Below are positions 17,912-25,097 of a DNA stretch of 25,097 nt, one piece after another. Origin of the DNA: Microcoleus sp. (GTDB taxonomy: Bacteria; Cyanobacteriota; Cyanobacteriia; Cyanobacteriales; Microcoleaceae); contig JAYFMW010000025.1 of assembly GCA_042408215.1 (NCBI GenBank), positions 1-25,097 on the forward strand, in the 5' to 3' direction. The position numbers were made by a program, and so were the translations under genes. Each line of letters opens with the position of its first letter. The first letter of the stretch is position 1. Under the pieces are notes generated by a model. It ran no database searches, had not been told where the DNA came from, and saw only the letters and a list, made by a program, of their open reading frames with translations.

Positions 17912-19087
17912 TTAGTTATTAGTCAGCCTTTGTTTCATCTGCTTTGCTGCTAAAGCATAACCTCCATCAGCACCGTCTATAAAATGCACTTGGCGGCCGT
18001 TGCGTTCAAACACTAAACAAGTCATCAACGCTCTGTCAGCAACGTGCCAACCATAAACTATCTTACCTTCTCTGTAGTTTTTTTCCAAGTACCCCGTCAA
18101 TTTTTCTCGCTGGGACCGATCGCCCGAAATTACCATTCTCAACATATCATCAAATTTGCGGTAATCCGTAGCTGCGATCGCCAGAGCTTTATAAACTCCC
18201 CAATCTAACTCTTCTGTCTTAACTTTAAAATTCATTAGCAGCGAACCAAGCGCCGTCTCTAACTGTATTTTTGATAAATATAACTGGCGGTATAACCAAC
18301 TAGCATTGCTCGCCCTAACTTGAGTTTCTTTAATCAGCTTTCTGCTATTCAATGTCAATTTAAGATTTTGAATAGCAATAGGATTTAAACAATCTTCTTG
18401 GCCGTAAATTTCTTCAATTTTTTCTAAAATATTTCTGTAAAATAGATGGCTCTGCTGACCCAAATCCGATCGCACCATTACCAGCAGCGTTACTATTTCC
18501 CCGTACTTGCTGGGAATATCCTGCCATCGGCACTCCAATCCCGAAAAATCGGCTGTTGCAGAAATGCCATTATTTTGAAGCCTGTAAATATTACCAGCAA
18601 CAGGGTCTTTAATAAGTTCAGTAGCACGGGTTAAGCCGCCGCCAATAAAAACAGCTTGGCTGTAATTTTCCGAAACTTTAAACTTAGCTATTTTCACCGG
18701 ATAATTAGCTGCTGTCACAACTTTAACCGGCACAGCCCCAACTCGCAAATCCATGTCAAATTCAGTCTTAGCCATTTGTTGCGTGACCAGCAAAGCTTTC
18801 TGGACAGCGGGTAAAAGCGATCGCCCCATTAAAAGAGAAGCGCCGTCGCCACCAAAGACAAAGGGAATTTCAATTTTGTCGGCTACATTCAAAACAGCAG
18901 CGATCGAAGCAGCCCCCAATAAGTTAACTTCTTTGTATTTTCCCGCTTCAATCGCTTTGGTAGAACCGCGAATATCTGTGACAATAATGTACCAGTCATC
19001 GGGTACATCAACAAAGTTCCGCAAGTCAGTAATATCGATAAAATTGTCCAGTAAACGCAATTCGGAATAGAAGTTTTCTGAGTTCAT
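17912..19087 (-). CDS. DUF3095-like protein (copy 1)
   Basis: PDDWYIIVTDIRGSTKAIEAGKYKEVN, PFVFGGDGA, GLECRW, DYRKFDDMLRMV and HFIDGADGGYALAA. Confidence 0.8.
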   Translation of the reverse strand: MNSENFYSELRLLDNFIDITDLRNFVDVPDDWYIIVTDIRGSTKAIEAGKYKEVNLLGAASIAAVLNVADKIEIPFVFGGDGASLLMGRSLLPAVQKALLVTQQMAKTEFDMDLRVGAVPVKVVTAANYPVKIAKFKVSENYSQAVFIGGGLTRATELIKDPVAGNIYRLQNNGISATADFSGLECRWQDIPSKYGEIVTLLVMVRSDLGQQSHLFYRNILEKIEEIYGQEDCLNPIAIQNLKLTLNSRKLIKETQVRASNASWLYRQLYLSKIQLETALGSLLMNFKVKTEELDWGVYKALAIAATDYRKFDDMLRMVISGDRSQREKLTGYLEKNYREGKIVYGWHVADRALMTCLVFERNGRQVHFIDGADGGYALAAKQMKQRLTNN

Positions 19088-19154
19088 GATATGATTCTCC
19101 AGATTCGCTATTAAAATAAGTGAAGCCTTTTAGCATTACGGTTTGTAACCATTT

Positions 19155-20768
19155 GTGACAGAATTACAGAAGCCCTCTCGTTCCCTGGCCGGCATTGCCG
19201 GCATTGTAGCAGTCGCCACTCTGATTAGCAAAGTCTTCGGGTTGGTGCGCCAAATTGCGATCGCCGCAGCCTTTGGAGTCGGTGTCGCCGTCGATGCTTA
19301 CAACTACGCCTACGTCATCCCCGGTTTCTTATTTATTTTACTCGGAGGAATCAACGGGCCATTTCACAGCGCCATAGTCAGCGTTTTAGCCCGCCGCGAC
19401 AAAAAAGAAGCAGCACCCTTAGTCGAAACTATCACCACCTTAGTCGGCGGCTTGTTGCTGTTGGTGACGATCGCCTTAATTATTTTTGCCGATCCGCTGA
19501 TCGATTTGGTAGCACCTGGATTGAATAGAACACCAGAAGGTTTACAAATCAAAGCGATCGCCGTCCAGCAATTTCGGATTATGGCACCAATGGCATTACT
19601 TTCGGGCTTAATCGGCATTGGTTTTGGCACTCTCAACGCCGCCGATATGTACTGGTTGCCATCAATTAGCCCTTTATTTTCCAGCGTTGCACTTGTGGGC
19701 GGTTTGGGTATTCTCGCACTGCAACTCGGAGACAAAATCACTCAGCCGCAATACGCACTAATTGGCGGCTTAGTTTTAGCTTGGGGAACTTTAGCGGGAG
19801 CAATTTTGCAGTGGTTGGTGCAACTAGGCGCACAGTGGCACGCGGGCTTAGGAAAATTGCGGTTGCGGTTTAATTTTCAACTGCCTGGAGTTCAAGAAGT
19901 AATTAAGGTGATGGTACCTGCTACTTTGTCATCAGGAATGCTGCAAATTAATGTCTATACTGACCTTTTTTTCGCATCCTACATCCCTCAAGCCGCCGCT
20001 GCTATGGGCTATGCAGGCTTGTTAGTTATGACGCCTTTAGGCATTATTTCTAATGTAATTTTAGTGCCATTTCTGCCAATATTTTCTCGCCTCACCGATC
20101 CGAGAGACTGGCCGGAATTAAAAGATCGAATTCGTCAATCTTTAGTTTTGACTGGCATTACGATGCTACCACTAAGCGCTTTAATGGTAACACTTGCTGG
20201 GCCCATTGTGCGCGTTGTTTATGAACGCTATGCTTTTAATCAGTCAGCCTCGCAGTTCGTCGCACCGGTATTGATGGCTTACAGCATCGGAATGTTTGTT
20301 TATTTAGGGCGCGATGTTTTGGTAAGGGTATTTTACGCTTTTGGAGACGGAGAAACACCTTTTCGAGTCAGTATTTTTAATATCTTTTTGAACGGATTGC
20401 TCGATTATTTATTAGTACAAGCTTTTGGCGCACCCGGATTAGTTTTGGCGACTGTGGGAGTGAATATCGTTTCGATGATTATGCTTCTGTACTTATTAGA
20501 TAAAAAGCTGGGTGGGTTGCCTTGGCGGGAGTGGAGTTTGCCATTTCTAGGGTTAGCTTCTGGGAGTTCTGTAACTGGTTTCGTGGCTTTGGCTACTCTG
20601 CGAGGATGTCAAAGAGTTTTGGGTACTGAAGGTTTGCTAATTCAATTACTGGAGTTGAGTCTGGCAAGTTTCTTAGGGTTAGGATTTTTTGCTGTGTTTG
20701 TCAGTCAGATGAAATTGCCGGAAGTTGATATGTTTGTCGATCGCATTCGGGGGCGTTTTGGCAAATAG
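19155..20768 (+). CDS. murJ: Lipid II flippase MurJ (MviN) (copy 1)
   Basis: ATLISKVFGLVRQ..IAAAFG, GGINGPFHS, about 14 hydrophobic segments, and RVFYA.GD..TP. Confidence 0.95.
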   Translation: MTELQKPSRSLAGIAGIVAVATLISKVFGLVRQIAIAAAFGVGVAVDAYNYAYVIPGFLFILLGGINGPFHSAIVSVLARRDKKEAAPLVETITTLVGGLLLLVTIALIIFADPLIDLVAPGLNRTPEGLQIKAIAVQQFRIMAPMALLSGLIGIGFGTLNAADMYWLPSISPLFSSVALVGGLGILALQLGDKITQPQYALIGGLVLAWGTLAGAILQWLVQLGAQWHAGLGKLRLRFNFQLPGVQEVIKVMVPATLSSGMLQINVYTDLFFASYIPQAAAAMGYAGLLVMTPLGIISNVILVPFLPIFSRLTDPRDWPELKDRIRQSLVLTGITMLPLSALMVTLAGPIVRVVYERYAFNQSASQFVAPVLMAYSIGMFVYLGRDVLVRVFYAFGDGETPFRVSIFNIFLNGLLDYLLVQAFGAPGLVLATVGVNIVSMIMLLYLLDKKLGGLPWREWSLPFLGLASGSSVTGFVALATLRGCQRVLGTEGLLIQLLELSLASFLGLGFFAVFVSQMKLPEVDMFVDRIRGRFGK

Positions 20769-20924
20769 ATATCGGAAATTTGCGGCAGATTCAAGGAATC
20801 AACAAAAGTGCGTGAAGCGCAGCTATCCCGTAGGGAATCGCCCTTAAGTACAAAAAAGATCAAAAAGGGCGATCGCCCTTAAATCCAAATCAACATTCAT
20901 CCGCGTTAATCCGCGTACATCCGC

Positions 20925-21024
20925 TATAGCCTTTCTCAGTAACATGAGATACCCGACGTGCATAGGGCATAGGGCCTAGGGCATAGGGCCTAGGGCATAC
21001 CTCACTTTCTTGAGAACCGCCATA
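20925..21024. mobile_element. 100-bp MITE-like element with imperfect ~27-bp inverted ends and an internal (GCATAGG)n tract
   Basis: Left end TATAGCCTTTCTCAGTAACATGAGATA versus the reverse complement of the right end, TATGGCGGTTCTCAAGAAAGTGAGGTA. Second copy at 24548-24647. Confidence 0.55.
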
Positions 21025-21361
21025 CCATCTGCGGTAAAAATTGTCAAGTAATTATGTCCTCATGGCAAAGATCCTACTTTTCCGACTTTAAGATCCGACT
21101 TTTCCGACTTTACAAAGGCACAGGCCGGAAGCAATGATAGAGATAGGGAAAGTCAACCCACGATGTCTAGATTGTAAAGATATCGTAAACCTTGAGGTTG
21201 TGTTGCGAAATATTAAATAAACTTATAATCTCAAAACATATGCCCTTAGTATGATACAGTTACCTCGAATATAATTTATACAACCCCATTGCAACGCGAA
21301 GCCAGTGAAAGCCCATTTCAGATCAGGACTACCACGATCAGGATCTACTTTGCTGGCCGCT

Positions 21362-21511
21362 TTATTGCGCCAAAATCCCCGGTTTCACGCGGCCATGACT
21401 AGCCCAGTATGGGGCGCAAGTAGAGCGAATGATATCGGCGAAAAATCGCTTGTATCGCTTGATTAAAATGCCGGGTAAGAGAGGGGGATATTTGTAAATA
21501 AAGTCAGTCAT
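21362..21511 (-). pseudogene. Chimeric sfsA 5' fragment created by the duplication junction
   Basis: MTDFIYKYPPLLPGILIKRYKRFFADI fused to IRSTCAPYWASHGRVKPGILAQ*. Confidence 0.85.
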
Positions 21512-21534
21512 CATTATGCATCAGTAATTAGTAA

Positions 21535-22710
21535 TTAGTTATTAGTCAGCCTTTGTTTCATCTGCTTTGCTGCTAAAGCATAACCTCCATCAGCACCGTC
21601 TATAAAATGCACTTGGCGGCCGTTGCGTTCAAACACTAAACAAGTCATCAACGCTCTGTCAGCAACGTGCCAACCATAAACTATCTTACCTTCTCTGTAG
21701 TTTTTTTCCAAGTACCCCGTCAATTTTTCTCGCTGGGACCGATCGCCCGAAATTACCATTCTCAACATATCATCAAATTTGCGGTAATCCGTAGCTGCGA
21801 TCGCCAGAGCTTTATAAACTCCCCAATCTAACTCTTCTGTCTTAACTTTAAAATTCATTAGCAGCGAACCAAGCGCCGTCTCTAACTGTATTTTTGATAA
21901 ATATAACTGGCGGTATAACCAACTAGCATTGCTCGCCCTAACTTGAGTTTCTTTAATCAGCTTTCTGCTATTCAATGTCAATTTAAGATTTTGAATAGCA
22001 ATAGGATTTAAACAATCTTCTTGGCCGTAAATTTCTTCAATTTTTTCTAAAATATTTCTGTAAAATAGATGGCTCTGCTGACCCAAATCCGATCGCACCA
22101 TTACCAGCAGCGTTACTATTTCCCCGTACTTGCTGGGAATATCCTGCCATCGGCACTCCAATCCCGAAAAATCGGCTGTTGCAGAAATGCCATTATTTTG
22201 AAGCCTGTAAATATTACCAGCAACAGGGTCTTTAATAAGTTCAGTAGCACGGGTTAAGCCGCCGCCAATAAAAACAGCTTGGCTGTAATTTTCCGAAACT
22301 TTAAACTTAGCTATTTTCACCGGATAATTAGCTGCTGTCACAACTTTAACCGGCACAGCCCCAACTCGCAAATCCATGTCAAATTCAGTCTTAGCCATTT
22401 GTTGCGTGACCAGCAAAGCTTTCTGGACAGCGGGTAAAAGCGATCGCCCCATTAAAAGAGAAGCGCCGTCGCCACCAAAGACAAAGGGAATTTCAATTTT
22501 GTCGGCTACATTCAAAACAGCAGCGATCGAAGCAGCCCCCAATAAGTTAACTTCTTTGTATTTTCCCGCTTCAATCGCTTTGGTAGAACCGCGAATATCT
22601 GTGACAATAATGTACCAGTCATCGGGTACATCAACAAAGTTCCGCAAGTCAGTAATATCGATAAAATTGTCCAGTAAACGCAATTCGGAATAGAAGTTTT
22701 CTGAGTTCAT
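21535..22710 (-). CDS. DUF3095-like protein (copy 2)
   Basis: Translation identical to 17912..19087. Confidence 0.8.
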   Translation of the reverse strand: MNSENFYSELRLLDNFIDITDLRNFVDVPDDWYIIVTDIRGSTKAIEAGKYKEVNLLGAASIAAVLNVADKIEIPFVFGGDGASLLMGRSLLPAVQKALLVTQQMAKTEFDMDLRVGAVPVKVVTAANYPVKIAKFKVSENYSQAVFIGGGLTRATELIKDPVAGNIYRLQNNGISATADFSGLECRWQDIPSKYGEIVTLLVMVRSDLGQQSHLFYRNILEKIEEIYGQEDCLNPIAIQNLKLTLNSRKLIKETQVRASNASWLYRQLYLSKIQLETALGSLLMNFKVKTEELDWGVYKALAIAATDYRKFDDMLRMVISGDRSQREKLTGYLEKNYREGKIVYGWHVADRALMTCLVFERNGRQVHFIDGADGGYALAAKQMKQRLTNN

Positions 22711-22777
22711 GATATGATTCTCCAGATTCGCTATTAAAATAAGTGAAGCCTTTTAGCATTACGGTTTGTAACCATTT

Positions 22778-24391
22778 GTGACAGAATTACAGAAGCCCTC
22801 TCGTTCCCTGGCCGGCATTGCCGGCATTGTAGCAGTCGCCACTCTGATTAGCAAAGTCTTCGGGTTGGTGCGCCAAATTGCGATCGCCGCAGCCTTTGGA
22901 GTCGGTGTCGCCGTCGATGCTTACAACTACGCCTACGTCATCCCCGGTTTCTTATTTATTTTACTCGGAGGAATCAACGGGCCATTTCACAGCGCCATAG
23001 TCAGCGTTTTAGCCCGCCGCGACAAAAAAGAAGCAGCACCCTTAGTCGAAACTATCACCACCTTAGTCGGCGGCTTGTTGCTGTTGGTGACGATCGCCTT
23101 AATTATTTTTGCCGATCCGCTGATCGATTTGGTAGCACCTGGATTGAATAGAACACCAGAAGGTTTACAAATCAAAGCGATCGCCGTCCAGCAATTTCGG
23201 ATTATGGCACCAATGGCATTACTTTCGGGCTTAATCGGCATTGGTTTTGGCACTCTCAACGCCGCCGATATGTACTGGTTGCCATCAATTAGCCCTTTAT
23301 TTTCCAGCGTTGCACTTGTGGGCGGTTTGGGTATTCTCGCACTGCAACTCGGAGACAAAATCACTCAGCCGCAATACGCACTAATTGGCGGCTTAGTTTT
23401 AGCTTGGGGAACTTTAGCGGGAGCAATTTTGCAGTGGTTGGTGCAACTAGGCGCACAGTGGCACGCGGGCTTAGGAAAATTGCGGTTGCGGTTTAATTTT
23501 CAACTGCCTGGAGTTCAAGAAGTAATTAAGGTGATGGTACCTGCTACTTTGTCATCAGGAATGCTGCAAATTAATGTCTATACTGACCTTTTTTTCGCAT
23601 CCTACATCCCTCAAGCCGCCGCTGCTATGGGCTATGCAGGCTTGTTAGTTATGACGCCTTTAGGCATTATTTCTAATGTAATTTTAGTGCCATTTCTGCC
23701 AATATTTTCTCGCCTCACCGATCCGAGAGACTGGCCGGAATTAAAAGATCGAATTCGTCAATCTTTAGTTTTGACTGGCATTACGATGCTACCACTAAGC
23801 GCTTTAATGGTAACACTTGCTGGGCCCATTGTGCGCGTTGTTTATGAACGCTATGCTTTTAATCAGTCAGCCTCGCAGTTCGTCGCACCGGTATTGATGG
23901 CTTACAGCATCGGAATGTTTGTTTATTTAGGGCGCGATGTTTTGGTAAGGGTATTTTACGCTTTTGGAGACGGAGAAACACCTTTTCGAGTCAGTATTTT
24001 TAATATCTTTTTGAACGGATTGCTCGATTATTTATTAGTACAAGCTTTTGGCGCACCCGGATTAGTTTTGGCGACTGTGGGAGTGAATATCGTTTCGATG
24101 ATTATGCTTCTGTACTTATTAGATAAAAAGCTGGGTGGGTTGCCTTGGCGGGAGTGGAGTTTGCCATTTCTAGGGTTAGCTTCTGGGAGTTCTGTAACTG
24201 GTTTCGTGGCTTTGGCTACTCTGCGAGGATGTCAAAGAGTTTTGGGTACTGAAGGTTTGCTAATTCAATTACTGGAGTTGAGTCTGGCAAGTTTCTTAGG
24301 GTTAGGATTTTTTGCTGTGTTTGTCAGTCAGATGAAATTGCCGGAAGTTGATATGTTTGTCGATCGCATTCGGGGGCGTTTTGGCAAATAG
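22778..24391 (+). CDS. murJ: Lipid II flippase MurJ (copy 2)
   Basis: Translation identical to 19155..20768. Confidence 0.95.
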   Translation: MTELQKPSRSLAGIAGIVAVATLISKVFGLVRQIAIAAAFGVGVAVDAYNYAYVIPGFLFILLGGINGPFHSAIVSVLARRDKKEAAPLVETITTLVGGLLLLVTIALIIFADPLIDLVAPGLNRTPEGLQIKAIAVQQFRIMAPMALLSGLIGIGFGTLNAADMYWLPSISPLFSSVALVGGLGILALQLGDKITQPQYALIGGLVLAWGTLAGAILQWLVQLGAQWHAGLGKLRLRFNFQLPGVQEVIKVMVPATLSSGMLQINVYTDLFFASYIPQAAAAMGYAGLLVMTPLGIISNVILVPFLPIFSRLTDPRDWPELKDRIRQSLVLTGITMLPLSALMVTLAGPIVRVVYERYAFNQSASQFVAPVLMAYSIGMFVYLGRDVLVRVFYAFGDGETPFRVSIFNIFLNGLLDYLLVQAFGAPGLVLATVGVNIVSMIMLLYLLDKKLGGLPWREWSLPFLGLASGSSVTGFVALATLRGCQRVLGTEGLLIQLLELSLASFLGLGFFAVFVSQMKLPEVDMFVDRIRGRFGK

Positions 24392-25097
24392 ATATCGGAA
24401 ATTTGCGGCAGATTCAAGGAATCAACAAAAGTGCGTGAAGCGCAGCTATCCCGTAGGGAATCGCCCTTAAGTACAAAAAAGATCAAAAAGGGCGATCGCC
24501 CTTAAATCCAAATCAACATTCATCCGCGTTAATCCGCGTACATCCGCTATAGCCTTTCTCAGTAACATGAGATACCCGACGTGCATAGGGCATAGGGCCT
24601 AGGGCATAGGGCCTAGGGCATACCTCACTTTCTTGAGAACCGCCATACCATCTGCGGTAAAAATTGTCAAGTAATTATGTCCTCATGGCAAAGATCCTAC
24701 TTTTCCGACTTTAAGATCCGACTTTTCCGACTTTACAAAGGCACAGGCCGGAAGCAATGATAGAGATAGGGAAAGTCAACCCACGATGTCTAGATTGTAA
24801 AGATATCGTAAACCTTGAGGTTGTGTTGCGAAATATTAAATAAACTTATAATCTCAAAACATATGCCCTTAGTATGATACAGTTACCTCGAATATAATTT
24901 ATACAACCCCATTGCAACGCGAAGCCAGTGAAAGCCCATTTCAGATCAGGACTACCACGATCAGGATCTACTTTGCTGGCCGCTTTATTGCGCCAAAATC
25001 CCCGGTTTCACGCGGCCATGACTAGCCCAGTATGGGGCGCAAGTAGAGCGAATGTTGTCAGCCATGAGCGAAGACAATGAGTGTTCCGTATTTATTT

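Larger units (their letters stand above)
17808..25054. repeat. Direct tandem duplication, 2 x 3623 bp (17808-21430 and 21431-25053)
   Basis: All ORFs recur with a 3623 offset and identical translations. The junction GAGCGAAT|G|ATATCGGCG has 1 bp of ambiguity. Confidence 0.95.

Noticed and set aside
21249..21263. NtcA site (GTATGATACAGTTAC)
   Set aside because: Spacing is GTA-N9-TAC rather than the canonical N8.
1..25097. High density of GCGATCGC/CGATCG
   Set aside because: Ordinary cyanobacterial HIP1. Because it is so frequent, its coincidence with breakpoints is only weak evidence.

Overview
Chromosomal DNA from a filamentous cyanobacterium (Oscillatoriales/Microcoleus-like, inferred from dense HIP1 GCGATCGC octamers, heptamer STRR tracts and sasA). 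The left part (1-9040) is mostly housekeeping: mutT, sasA, a DUF2079-like membrane protein, a GT4 glycosyltransferase, an MFS transporter, a lipoprotein and leuC. The middle (9200-17150) is an accessory region containing a stand-alone CdiA-CT-like toxin with a putative immunity gene, an AT-rich PLD/HKD nuclease gene, a decayed prenyl-synthase 3' fragment, a 7 x 89-bp palindromic array and a truncated Uma2 gene. It also holds a co-oriented cassette: LuxR-type regulator, a 136-aa unknown protein, a signal-less S8 subtilase and a hidden 75-aa I9/propeptide-like gene. That last gene is absent from the ORF track because a 139-bp insertion splits it. This cassette is the best candidate for an undescribed system. 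The right part holds sfsA and an apparently exact 3623-bp tandem duplication of a DUF3095-like gene, murJ and intergenic DNA. All family calls come from motif recognition; no searches were run.
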